DNA of 64,000 nucleotides from Macrostomum hystrix (taxonomy: Eukaryota > Animalia > Platyhelminthes), in the NCBI GenBank assembly GCA_950097015.1, contig CATNEN010000038.1, positions 744,001-808,000 on the forward strand, read 5' to 3'. The notes below the pieces were generated by a model. It was not told the DNA's origin. It saw nothing but the letters and a program-made list of their open reading frames with translations, and searched no databases. Position numbers and translations under genes: made by a program. How positions within the stretch are numbered: position 1 is the stretch's first letter; each line of letters starts with the position of its first letter. Below are positions 34,705 through 45,209 of this stretch, piece after piece.

Positions 34705-35892
34705 ATGAAGCGAAAAAATGCGCACCAAATATCTGAATTGGAGAAGCTAGCACAAGCAGAAAAGAGAGTTACCGGGCTAATCAATAAGGAGCAACAATCC
34801 TACAATGAGTTTGTCCATGCAGCCACAGAGTTTCATAAACCCGGGTATGGAGAAGCTAAGAAAAATATTGATCAAGTCAAAGAAACTATTGACGACATAC
34901 AGGAAACCCAGGTGCAAAAGGCTTTGGACAAAATTCCAGAAGCACCGCAGATACAACAATCTGCAGAATCGCATCAATCACAATCACTAAAAGTAACGGA
35001 TAACATTTTTGGACCAGTAGAACGTGTAGAACATGATGGGAAATATGTATTTGGAATAAGTATGTGGAGAAAAAACATTTATAATTAACCAGTGGAATAT
35101 TATATCGACATAAATAAGAACCATATTTCTGTTGTCAAAGGCTCAGAAACTAAGAGAATAATTTACACAGAAACCTTACTGAATTTTATGACTAAGAACC
35201 AAGAGAAAATTTCGGACAAGCAGCTAAAGAACTATAGAGATCTAGTACCTTTTGCTCTTGCAAGAGATATAGAAATACTAAAGGTCCCACAAGTTCTGAA
35301 AATAATGCATGACAACGGTGTCATCCTGACTAGATTCAAAAAGTACAAGCATTTTAAACAATGGTTTGGTTTGCCAGATCAAGAAGATGCCACAAAATAT
35401 CTAGAACAGCAACCGCCACAGCAGCAACCGCCACAGCAGCAACCGCCACAGCAGCAACCGCCACAGCAGCAACAAACATTCAAACCCGAAGACATACTCA
35501 GGCAACTGGAAAATGCAGATCCGACTCTAGTAGCTAATTATAAAGAAAATCACTCGGATGCCTGGCAACAACTAGAAAATTTCTCCCCAGATCGAATGAA
35601 TAAAATCAAAGCAAGAGTGTTCACACCACAACAAAGACCAGTAGTGAGTTCACCTTCAGACCAGTCCTCCACCGACCAGTCCTCCACTGACCAATCATTT
35701 CTTGAAAACCCCACTGGAAAAGGAATTTCTGACATCTATAAGCGAGTGGCTGTTCTTCTTGGAGCTGCAAAGACTGGCATGAAAGACGAAAATAGAAAAG
35801 AATTTGTCAACATCCTGGACAAAATGATGGAAAAGAAGTATATCGACAAACGGGCAAGAGAGCTTCTGCTTTCACGTTTTAACAAAAAATAA
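34705..35892 (+). pseudogene. Polinton uncharacterised protein (~395 aa, putative virion core) interrupted by an in-frame TAA at 35086-35088
   Basis: ORFs 34705-35088 and 35092-35892 are in the same frame; C-terminal GKG...RVAVLLGAAKTG...EFVNILDKM motif resembles a recurrent Maverick protein; QQQPP repeats. Confidence 0.65.
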
Positions 35893-35910
35893 TTTCTTCC
35901 CTAATAAAAA

Positions 35911-36303
35911 ATGCCAATTATTTTCGAAAAAGACGTGGACAAATACTATGACAAGGAGGAACTTAATCTAATTAAGCGTGGATCCGGACTTTTCCCGGCA
36001 GGCCACTATCCGAGGAAAGAACGCTCCGGGAATGGTCTTGCTGACATGATTGCACAGGGTGCTCGGGTCTTTAAAGTCATTAGTGAGAACAAAGAAAATA
36101 TTAAGAACGTGGCTGAATCAGTGGGAAGCGTTGTCACTGCGGCTAAAAAGATAAAGGATACTGTAACACAAGATATTCAGCCACCATTGGCACCATTGGC
36201 TCCGCCGGCTCCGCTGGCCCCGAATCCAGACAGTGTGGACCCTGCAATCTACGAGAAGATGAGAGCTAGCATTAAAAAAGGAAGTGGTTTCAAATTCGAC
36301 TAA
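35911..36303 (+). CDS. Small putative core protein with GxG protease-site-like motifs
   Basis: 130 aa; TAAAAAATG start; KRGSGL, RSGNGL, KKGSGF; amphipathic segment and Pro-rich tract. Confidence 0.7.
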   Translation: MPIIFEKDVDKYYDKEELNLIKRGSGLFPAGHYPRKERSGNGLADMIAQGARVFKVISENKENIKNVAESVGSVVTAAKKIKDTVTQDIQPPLAPLAPPAPLAPNPDSVDPAIYEKMRASIKKGSGFKFD

Positions 36304-36344
36304 AGGGTGCTTTTCGAGGGTACAAGACATGTAAGGGTACAAGA

Positions 36345-36430
36345 CTAGTCCCAAATAGACACATCTAAGTCCCAAATAGACACATCTAAGTCCCAAATAG
36401 ACACACCTAAGTCCCAAAAAGACACATCTT
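36345..36430. repeat. 21-bp tandem repeat (AGTCCCAAATAGACACATCTA) x~4
   Basis: Directly visible, intergenic upstream of the ATPase. Confidence 0.85.
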
Positions 36431-36472
36431 ATAAATGATTTACATTTTTTATTTATTTTTCATCATAGAAAA

Positions 36473-37273
36473 ATGGACTTTTCAAACGACTTCAATCCTC
36501 ATTGGACACGTAATCAGATTAAGTTTTCTCATCATGAGTCAATCCCGGGGCACTTCAGATGCATTGTTGTTGGTTCGTCAGGTTCAGGCAAAACATTCAG
36601 AGTCTTTAACATGCTTCTTAGACCTGGCTTTATCGATTATGACACTCTGCACATCTACTCTCCCACCCTGTATCAAGATGAGTATAAAATGTTGATCTCT
36701 GGACTTCAAAACAGACTGCACATAGAACACATTATTCAATGTTTTAATAACCAAAAGAGCCTTCCCAGTAACCCAGAAATTGTAGCTGCCGAATTTGCAA
36801 AGCACCTCAAAGACAATGAAAAATGGCAGAACATTAAAGTGTTCACCTATGGAGATCCGCAGGTTGATCCTAAGACCAAACTTCTACCCCAACCAGATGA
36901 GCTAGAAAAGGGGAGAAAACATTTGATTGTCCTTGATGATTGCATGACAGGCCCACAGAAGCAGATAGAAAACTATTTTACAAGAGGACGGCACAACAAT
37001 TGTAACGTGATTTACATTGCCCAGAACTGGTTCGAGCTCCCGAACAAAACAATTCGTGGGAACTGCAATCTGATCCTCCTGTTTCCAACAATTCCACAGG
37101 ACAGGCTAAAAAGATTTTACAATGAGGTCATTGCGCCTGCCTATTTTGTAAATCCAACAAAAAACTCCAACAGAAAGATTTCACAGGAGGAATTCGTTAA
37201 TCTTTGCTATGAAAAGTGGAATCAACCTTACCAGTTTGTGATGATCAACAAAGAAAAAAGAACTGTAATTTAA
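36473..37273 (+). CDS. A32/FtsK-HerA family DNA packaging ATPase
   Basis: Walker A GSSGSGKT, Walker B LIVLDD, FTRGRHNNCNVIYIAQ motif, IRGN. Confidence 0.95.
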   Translation: MDFSNDFNPHWTRNQIKFSHHESIPGHFRCIVVGSSGSGKTFRVFNMLLRPGFIDYDTLHIYSPTLYQDEYKMLISGLQNRLHIEHIIQCFNNQKSLPSNPEIVAAEFAKHLKDNEKWQNIKVFTYGDPQVDPKTKLLPQPDELEKGRKHLIVLDDCMTGPQKQIENYFTRGRHNNCNVIYIAQNWFELPNKTIRGNCNLILLFPTIPQDRLKRFYNEVIAPAYFVNPTKNSNRKISQEEFVNLCYEKWNQPYQFVMINKEKRTVI

Positions 37274-37298
37274 ATTAATTTAAAATTTCTATTAAAAA

Positions 37299-38027
37299 AT
37301 GTCTATTAATTTTGCAGGTGAATCGTTGGATCGCGGAAGCACACTCACTAGTGCTCAAGTTTCTTACCTTGACAGGCGTTATATAAATGTTGACGAAAAA
37401 ATTCCAGAAATCAAACTCATTAAAGATCGATTGAAAGCCCTAGAGCGGGCAAAACACCAACAACAAATAAACATGGAAGACCTGCGGTTGAGCATAGCAA
37501 AGCGGAAGGAAGAGATTGACATGCTATATATACAGTTTGTTCATGATCGGGATACTCTTGTTGCAGCGATACCCACTCTAAGATCAGACATCGCCACTCT
37601 GAGATCAGACATCGTCACTCTGAGAACTGCCATTAATAATCGAGCAAACTTGGTGGAAGAAAGAGTAACAGAAAATTCAAATAAAGTTCGAAATTTAGAA
37701 GCCTTTATGCTAAGATCAAGCACTGTGCATGATAGATTGAGTTCGCGACTCACAGCAGCAGAGTCAGATATAACAACTCTTCAGAGACTAGAAAATGAAA
37801 CAAAGGAAACACTAAGACCCATGGGGCTAAACGTAACAAGACACACTGAGTATTTGAATCGGATATACAACGACTGGGGGAAAACGAAAAGAAGACTCGG
37901 CCGACTAGAGAGACTGCACAATCTGCCAGACATTGACATTGAAGAAGCAAGAGTATCTGATGGACCATCAGAAGAGGCATCAAGGGAGGCGGCAAGGCGT
38001 GCAACAGATTTGCGAGAAAGGTCATAA
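37299..38027 (+). CDS. Coiled-coil protein (possible fibre/spike)
   Basis: 242 aa; heptads TLRSDIA-TLRSDIV-TLRTAIN and RLTAAESDITTLQ. Confidence 0.7.
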   Translation: MSINFAGESLDRGSTLTSAQVSYLDRRYINVDEKIPEIKLIKDRLKALERAKHQQQINMEDLRLSIAKRKEEIDMLYIQFVHDRDTLVAAIPTLRSDIATLRSDIVTLRTAINNRANLVEERVTENSNKVRNLEAFMLRSSTVHDRLSSRLTAAESDITTLQRLENETKETLRPMGLNVTRHTEYLNRIYNDWGKTKRRLGRLERLHNLPDIDIEEARVSDGPSEEASREAARRATDLRERS

Positions 38028-38057
38028 AAAATTTATATAATTTTTTTCGTTCAATAA

Positions 38058-38696
38058 ATGTCTGAAAAAATAAACTCGCTATATGATCAAGAGCAACCTA
38101 GTGCTCCTTACCAACCTAGTGCTCCTTCAAACTACCAACCTAGTGCTCCCCTTTACCCAACTTTCACTTGCAACTCGCAGCAATTCAGATTGGTGGAGAT
38201 TCAAAAGATGCGAGCTGATATTGAACGGCAAATTGATCATAATACCAAGAAACTGAAGCGCTATAATAGAGAGTGCAAGGTCTTCGATTGCCTTAATATG
38301 TTTCTTGGATCTGTATCTGTTCTATCGGGATCAGCAGCTGCTGTTTCAACACTTCCTGTAATCACTGTACCAATCGCCATTCCATTCGGAGCTGCTGGTG
38401 CCACATGTGGTCTGATTTCAGCAGTTACAGGAGCACTATCACGGAACAGACGACAAAAGCTAAAGCATCTACATGCGAAGCAAACAAATGAGAAATCAGT
38501 ACAAAGCTCTATCATCGGGTACATCTCAAAGGCGATTGAAGACAAGTTCATTTCAGAGGATGAGTTTAAAAACATTCAAGCCCTCTATGAGCAACGAGTT
38601 AGGCTTAATCTAAATACCATTGATGAAATGAGCCAGCTAAGAAATGATCTGGAGAATGTGTTCAAACAGCATGTCGCGAAAAAGAACAAGACCTAA
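38058..38696 (+). CDS. Putative membrane protein with three PSAP motifs (resembles adintovirus GasderminX-type ORFs)
   Basis: 212 aa; QPSAPYQPSAPSNYQPSAPLYP; QFRL..I coiled segment; two hydrophobic Gly/Ala-rich segments; ISEDEF. Confidence 0.75.
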   Translation: MSEKINSLYDQEQPSAPYQPSAPSNYQPSAPLYPTFTCNSQQFRLVEIQKMRADIERQIDHNTKKLKRYNRECKVFDCLNMFLGSVSVLSGSAAAVSTLPVITVPIAIPFGAAGATCGLISAVTGALSRNRRQKLKHLHAKQTNEKSVQSSIIGYISKAIEDKFISEDEFKNIQALYEQRVRLNLNTIDEMSQLRNDLENVFKQHVAKKNKT

Positions 38697-38712
38697 CAGG
38701 ACCTAACGGGAC

Positions 38713-39120
38713 CTAAAAAAATTTTTTTTTCAGCCCTAAAATGATTTCTTTGTAACTCTTTCGGGTGTGGGTCATTGCATACAAAACGGTCATACACAGC
38801 TCGCCACAAACATCACTGTTAAGCCCTTGGAGTATAAAATCTGAGCGGTATATTTTATGTCTCACATGAGTCATATAATTTCTCAGTTGTTCAGGTACAG
38901 CAGTTCCATAGCTATCAAAGTAATAGTACTTGTGTTTACGGTTCGGATCAATTACCCAACAAACCCAATGAGAACCTGGCTTTTCTGCAGGGTCAAAGTT
39001 CATGATTCCACATTCTTTTTCTAGTGGGGTTTCTGGCAGTGTATCCTTCATAAAGACGCCTCGGAAGTTTGGGATTTTTAATTGCTGAGCCAGCTCTTCT
39101 AAATAAATATTGGTTGTCAT
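38713..39120 (-). CDS. Adenain-like cysteine protease
   Basis: GSHWV (His), YFDSYG (Asp), Q...SDVCGELC (Gln/Cys). Confidence 0.93.
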   Translation of the reverse strand: MTTNIYLEELAQQLKIPNFRGVFMKDTLPETPLEKECGIMNFDPAEKPGSHWVCWVIDPNRKHKYYYFDSYGTAVPEQLRNYMTHVRHKIYRSDFILQGLNSDVCGELCMTVLYAMTHTRKSYKEIILGLKKKFF

Positions 39121-39152
39121 TTTTTTTAACAATTTTTTTGTTACAAATTTTG

Positions 39153-42100
39153 TTACAAATTATTTAATCTATAGTGTCCAAATGGTAGGCTGTTAATGTT
39201 GTCAGCAAAGATATATCGTTTGTTATCAGCACCTGAGAGGCCTATCTTCTTCTGTTGAATTGTGTGAATGTTGTGGTTCTTAGACTGCAGTTTCATAAAT
39301 TCATGGGTAGTGTTTTTATTATTGGTCAATGCGTCCTTGTATGAAGCTTCATGGAGATCGTTTTTAACAACATGTTTTGGGATTCCTTTTGATTTTTTAA
39401 TGGTAGACTTACAACTTTTTACAAAATAGGACTTTGCCCTCAAACCGATAAACTCTGTAATGAGGGTGCCAGCCGTTTCATCCTTCATTTTTCCTACAAC
39501 TTTTTGATTTGTTGTATCACGTACTTGATCGCCTTTCAAAGTCTTGAAGGACTCTGGATATTCGGATAGGTCATACAGATGTTTTTGCTTCAACATGTCC
39601 TGATAGACATCCTCAGTCTGTATGTTTAGAATTAGGGAGTCTGTGTCAGTATATAGAAGTTTCAGTTGTTCACCATATTGCCGCTTCATGTCATAGAAGC
39701 ATTTATACATCAGGCGCTTCGATTCGTCAAGTACAGTCACACCTGTGAATATCGGCTTGCATAGGGTAACTTTAGTCTTATAGAACAGTATGGCGCCCAA
39801 GTAATCATTAAAGATATGAAGCTCTTGAAAGTGGGCTTTGATAAACTTGTCTGAATGATACCAGGCTCATAACAGGTAACGAGCTTCAGGTTCGTGCGGT
39901 TGCGTTCGTTTTCTAGGGTCTTGCCATAGACAGAGTTGTTTGCAAGCTTGAACAGGTCCCTGTCAAAGCTGTTTGTTGCTTTAGTTCTAAACTGGGTTTT
40001 TTTTCTATGTATGGCTTCATCCACGCTTCTTCTGTGAATGCGAGAGCCCTGTGAACTTTCGTGACCCTACAGCCTAGGGAGATAAAATACTGCAACAGTT
40101 TGTAGTGGATTTTATAGCGTGTCTTGTTCATGAGATTTTGTGTTAACTTTTTCACATGCTCTTTTTCTTTTTCAGATAGCTGCCAGCTTCCATTGTACTG
40201 GATTATCTTTGGACAGTTAATGTTCTCATGGAAGGGGGCAAAGTCAGAGAAATAGTCGTGAAGTTCCCATGGGATTTCAACATCAACTTCATAGATCGCA
40301 GGTATTGAAAAGTCTGTGTTGTATTCTGTTAGCCACCTAAAATCTCTAACAGGTAAATCTTGGCTCATAGCCCAACCATAGAGGTTGTTGGCATCCAGGT
40401 AAAGGATGTAGTTTGAAGGCTTTTCTTTATCATAGTCTTCTAGATACGGATTGTTTGCCTTTGCATGCCTATGGACACAAATTGAGATGCCACCTCTCTT
40501 AGATGAATCTATAAAGTTGTACATGTCTATGTCTGTAAGCAGCTCGATGTACCAGTTGGGATTTTGATCCCATTTCATTTTAAGCAATGATTCCCAACTG
40601 GTAGCAGGCAAAGACACATAATGAGCGGGGTCAAGACCATAAGCTGAGTACCAGGTCTTTCTAAAGGTTTCAAATACATCAGCTAGAAGAAAGACATCAG
40701 TCCAAAGGTAAAGCATGTGATAATCAAGAAAGTTTCGGCAGTTAAAATGTTTGTAAACAGTCTGAGCATGCTCATAATCTTCATCAGAAATCCCAGAGTT
40801 TGTTAGCTTTGAAAAGAACTTGTCCTTGGGTGGTAATTGTTCGGCAAAGACATGATTACATTCATAAGGGTAGACGCCTTTCTTTCTAAGAAGCTTAAAT
40901 GAATCTGGGGAATCTGCCAGCATCTTGGTATAAGTACGTTGGTCATCGGTGAGATTTTTACTCAAAGCATCGAGACTTGCGGCCAGAAACTGGAATGAAT
41001 CTTTGATCTTAATCTTGCCTGAATCTCGCTTAATATCAATGCACTTAAACTTTTCTTTGTTCTCTGCGATGCAATCTAGTTTAATGCCTGGTATCATACC
41101 CAGCTTCTCAATCAATAAGTGATAATCATATCCCCTTCCGTTATGGAAGAAAATGGTAAGGTCACGGATGTTTTTCTTTAGTTTCAGATTGCAAGTGTTA
41201 TGAGCTGCCCCTCTAAATTTTCCTGTGAAGTGATCGTGGTCTCTGACTGTGTGGTTTTTGGTGTCGCAGGGTGTTAATAGCTTTCGGCAAATGTGACAAT
41301 GAGTTGCAGATCCGAAGTCGATTTCATCTTGATCGGACATAATTATTGGAACAGGCTGAATGGCAGCAACATTTTTCTGTAATTCCATCATCGAGTAAAT
41401 GAATTGTTCAACACACTGGTCACCTAAGAAATAGTTTGAGCAAAAGTTTGAGCAAATAAAAGAGTCTCTTCCAATAAAGAGATACGCAACAGAATTTGGG
41501 ACATGCTTATTGGTTTCAGGGTTTATAGTGCATTCGAAGTCAGCGTATACTATAAACGGGAGCTTCTCCATCTTGTGATAACTCTTAAATCTGAGATGCT
41601 TATCCGTTGGAAGTGTGCAGTTGGTTGGATGATCTTCACAGGTCAGTTCATGCTCTTTAAGTTTTTCATCACGATCGGGTCCACTATAATGCTTCAGACA
41701 AAGACGGCAGATTGCTACCGATTCATGATGATTGTTCATTTGCTTGTGGAGGAGCCTGGAAAGATCTTTAATCCAAACGTAGTGGGCATTTTCTCGCAAA
41801 TCACCTATGATTAGAAGATCGACATCTATGCAACGCCTACCTTCAGGATCTAGCGTGTTTTTACTGGCTCTGACTAATTGTACTTTTTTGCTCTTCTCAT
41901 TCCATTCAAAGACTGTGATTCTGATTTTATTGTTAAAGACTTCCTCTAGCTTTGGGATTTGATCGATTGCCAAGCCGCCTCTATTGAAGGAAATTCCTTT
42001 AGCATGGCATTCTAAAAGTTTTGCGTCAAAATACATTTTATAATGAGAAGTTCTCTCTGGGTGGGCTCGATCTTTCTCATACAATATTGCAGACAAAACG

Positions 42101-42938
42101 GCCCATAGTGCACAGCATTGGTCATAATTTTGCACATTGATGCATGCTTTTTTACTCGCTAGCTTTTTCGGGAGCTCAATATATGATGAAGCTTTGAGAG
42201 GGTCATATTTCATGATCATTACTGTAGCTTTTTGAATGCCATTGACAACCCAACCTGATCCTCTGGAAGTAAAGGCGTCAATCTTTTTACTGATCTCTTG
42301 AAGAAAGGGATCCTGTGTGTCAGTGGGAGTAAAGGGTAGAGCTTTAGTAGTCATGTAGTATTCAAGACGCTCAGTGGGTTTTGCAGGCATGTAAAATTCA
42401 ATCTTGAATGATAACTGAAGCTTGAAGGTCTTACGTGACTTCAGTGTGTGATCAATTACTGATTGAATTCTGTCTTTGAAGTCGTAAATGTCGGATTGGG
42501 AATTTGTGGTGTCTTCCTGGATTGTGTACTCAATATAATACTCTGTGAATTTTCTCTGTGCAAATTTAAGGTCTTCAGTTTGTAGCTCTGCTTCAACCTG
42601 GTGGATTGTACGTTCTAGATCTTCTTGCTCTTGCTTATTCTGTGGGTAGTTCGACACATTTTGACCTGTGAGTGTCTCATACTTATTGACTAAGCTGCGG
42701 CTCTTTTGTTGATGCTCAGTCGCCGGCTTCTTCACTGGTGTGTACTGCTCTGAATGCTGAAGCTGATTAATAATTTCTTGCTGTATTGCATAGCTCCCGA
42801 GGTAGCCTGGATCTTGATTGAATTTCTGCCTGCAAAGCTCTTGCAGGACTTGACTTTTTTGTTGAAACGATTGAGCTTGAGGATAATTATTTTGAAAGAA
42901 AGATTCGACAATTTTTTTTCTGGAATTGCTTTAGGCAT
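39153..42938 (-). CDS. polB: Protein-primed family B DNA polymerase (three single-base frameshifts in this sequence)
   Basis: Exo motifs YADFE, HNGRGYD, Y...DV; Pol motifs YLDANNLYGWAM, KLANNSVYGK, YTDTDS; frames join at ~42915, ~40000 and ~39815. Confidence 0.95.
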
Positions 42939-43032
42939 TTTTAATGAAAATTTTATAAAAAAAAATTTAGGGTGGTCACCCTCAAGTGAAGTGCAAAGTA
43001 TTGCAAACTACTACCAACAGTGCTAAATATAG

Positions 43033-43395
43033 TTATGAGAGCAGATTCTGTTCTGTTTCGTTTTCACAACTACCCCCGATTCTGACTCCTTTTTCTCTAG
43101 CGATTTTCTCCATCTCTTGTTGATGTGCTCTGTCATTGCCAGCCTTCACAGCTGATGCAACTCCGCCGGCTACACCTCCTGCAGCACCAAGAGCACCTGC
43201 GATGATGGGGATAAGAGTTAGCAAAGGAAGAATCCCGCCTGTCTTCTCATCAGTGATATTGTGCGTTTGATTGTTACAATGGATCATATGCTGGATTGGA
43301 TCTACTTTGACTTTGACACCTTTAATTGATACAACTCCTGGCTTCTTAGAGTCGATAATTCTGCTGATTTTATTCACGGTTCTGGTTTCAATCAT
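43033..43395 (-). CDS. Adenovirus protein X (pX)-like core/membrane-active protein
   Basis: KTGG-ILPLLTLIPIIAGALGA closely resembles adenovirus pX MRGG-ILPLLIPLIAAAIGA. Confidence 0.75.
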   Translation of the reverse strand: MIETRTVNKISRIIDSKKPGVVSIKGVKVKVDPIQHMIHCNNQTHNITDEKTGGILPLLTLIPIIAGALGAAGGVAGGVASAVKAGNDRAHQQEMEKIAREKGVRIGGSCENETEQNLLS

Positions 43396-43409
43396 TTTAT
43401 TTAAAAAAA

Positions 43410-44398
43410 TTAATTAATTTCTGTGTCATGTGGAATCACTAGAAGCTCAGCCCTTGTGAATGATCGTGTGGGGGCTTTTGAATTAAAGTCTTGAGATAGA
43501 AAATAGTAATCACCGGATGCTGATGTGAAATGCCTGTTTATCTTATGTACATCAAGACTAAAGTATGGGTCTGTTGCTCTTCTATTTGTGTCCTTCTCTA
43601 GCTCTCCTGGTAAGTAAAGGAAGCGAACGAATTCAGAGTTAGTAAGAATTTCCGGAGAATAAACACCAGGGAGCTTTGGAAATGGGAATTGGGAGATCGG
43701 ATGTTTTGAATTAACTGTGTCTTGTTTGATGGCAGTATTTGGTTTCAGGTTTGTCATTCGAGATACTTCATTGTTCAGTTGACTTATTACTGCGGGGAGT
43801 CTTTCTGTCCACTTGGTATAGTATTGGCCACTTTTTAGTTTCAGCTCTTCAGCTGTCTGCTTTGTGAAAAGTCTCTTTGCTAGAGTTAGATTGAATCTTT
43901 CAACAAAAGCCTGGTCTCTATGGAGCTCAGTTCTTCCGTAGCGCATTTTCGTATTGTTCTTTTCCATAAGGGATTTGACTGCACCCATGAATTCTTTGCC
44001 AGGATCAGTCATAAAGGTTTGGGGGTATGTGAGCGGTGAGTTTTTGTAAATGTCTTGGAGGGCAGCTGCAACTGCTTCTGACTTTTAGTCTTAAGCGGTC
44101 TCGCTTCCTTATATCTGGAGGCAATGTCTATAACTGTGAGCGCATACTTGTAGCCTGAGTCATTGGGGAGAAACAGAAGATCTGCTTGGTGCGCTTCATT
44201 AGGTTTATAGATGTTAAAGTGAGGTCTTGTAAATTTAACAGGTGGGAAATAGACTTGGTAAACTGCTTGCTTAGAGAGCCATCTTTCAACTGTTTGTTTT
44301 GATTCATTGCTTAGTTCTGCGAGTTTAGTGACTGCATTTTTTCCTACAAAGAATCCTTTGTCACTGTAGTAGAGCTTTTGAAGTTTCTGATCTGCCAT
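43410..44398 (-). CDS. int: Retroviral-like DDE integrase (one frameshift at ~44080)
   Basis: HQADL, YKYALTVIDIASRY, TDPGKEF, VERFNLTL; ORFs 44009-44398 and 43410-44012 join with one added base. Confidence 0.93.
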
Positions 44399-44425
44399 TA
44401 TTTTTTATTTAATTTTTTTATAAAA

Positions 44426-44869
44426 ATGATGCAACGCTCTGGTGGTAAACTAGACTCACATGGACTGGTAGAAAAGCTTCCTCATCCAAACAAAGGCTGG
44501 ACAATTCCCGGCTACAAATATTGCGGGCCTTTGAATCCGCTTGAAACACAGCTAGATAAAAACAATAATCCTAATCCTGGGCATGAACCCGTGAACGAGC
44601 TAGACTCTGTCTGCATGTGGCATGATATTAAGTATAGGGATTTTCCAGAGGAGAAGAATCGCTGGGACAAAGAAATGCTCAGAATGCTAGACAATATAGG
44701 GACTTCAAGCGGGTGGAGGGAATCGATCGCTCGGAAGCTAGTTAAAGCTGTTATTTTTGGTAAGGCAAAGTTGGGGTTGGGGATTGGTGGGGTGGGTTTT
44801 GTATTGCACGCGCCAAATAATGAACTAGGAAGACTGCTGAAAGAGCTGGGGGTTGAGAGAGCAGAATGA
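44426..44869 (+). CDS. Parvovirus VP1u-type phospholipase A2 (PLA2X)
   Basis: PGYKYCGP Ca-binding loop, PVNELD..C..HDIKY catalytic motif, downstream D..ML; TAAAAATG start. Confidence 0.9.
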   Translation: MMQRSGGKLDSHGLVEKLPHPNKGWTIPGYKYCGPLNPLETQLDKNNNPNPGHEPVNELDSVCMWHDIKYRDFPEEKNRWDKEMLRMLDNIGTSSGWRESIARKLVKAVIFGKAKLGLGIGGVGFVLHAPNNELGRLLKELGVERAE

Positions 44870-45209
44870 TTCAAGAAAAAAATTCTGCCAAAAAGTCTGC
44901 CAGCCGGCATAAAAAGCGCCACCGAGACTTTTTGGCAGAAAGCGCCGATTGGAGAACTAAAAAATCGATTTGCTGACTGCATGAGCATTCAGCTTTTAAA
45001 TACTGAGAGAAGATAAGGAGCATTTCGCTCGCTTCGCTGTGCTCCTTGTCAGCTTACTATTTTATACCAAACTATCAAGAAGGCAACGTGGACTACGTTT
45101 TCATAGTCAAGAGGTGACTCAAGGTAAGAAACTATTGACCAAATTTCAAATATTGAGTTTCTGCATTAGTAATTCATTTTCAAACTAAGACCCATCTTAA
45201 GTTTTAGAA

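Noticed and set aside
34674-34784. N-terminal extension of the major capsid ORF in the track (likewise for protease and PLA2)
   Set aside because: Non-ATG starts overlapping neighbouring genes or spacers; the downstream AAAAATG starts fit better.
39990-40010. Programmed -1 frameshift at A AAA AAA in pPolB (also ~42915)
   Set aside because: A slippery-looking run is present, but equivalent one-base deficits occur at non-slippery sites and three shifts in one essential gene are implausible; error or decay is simpler.
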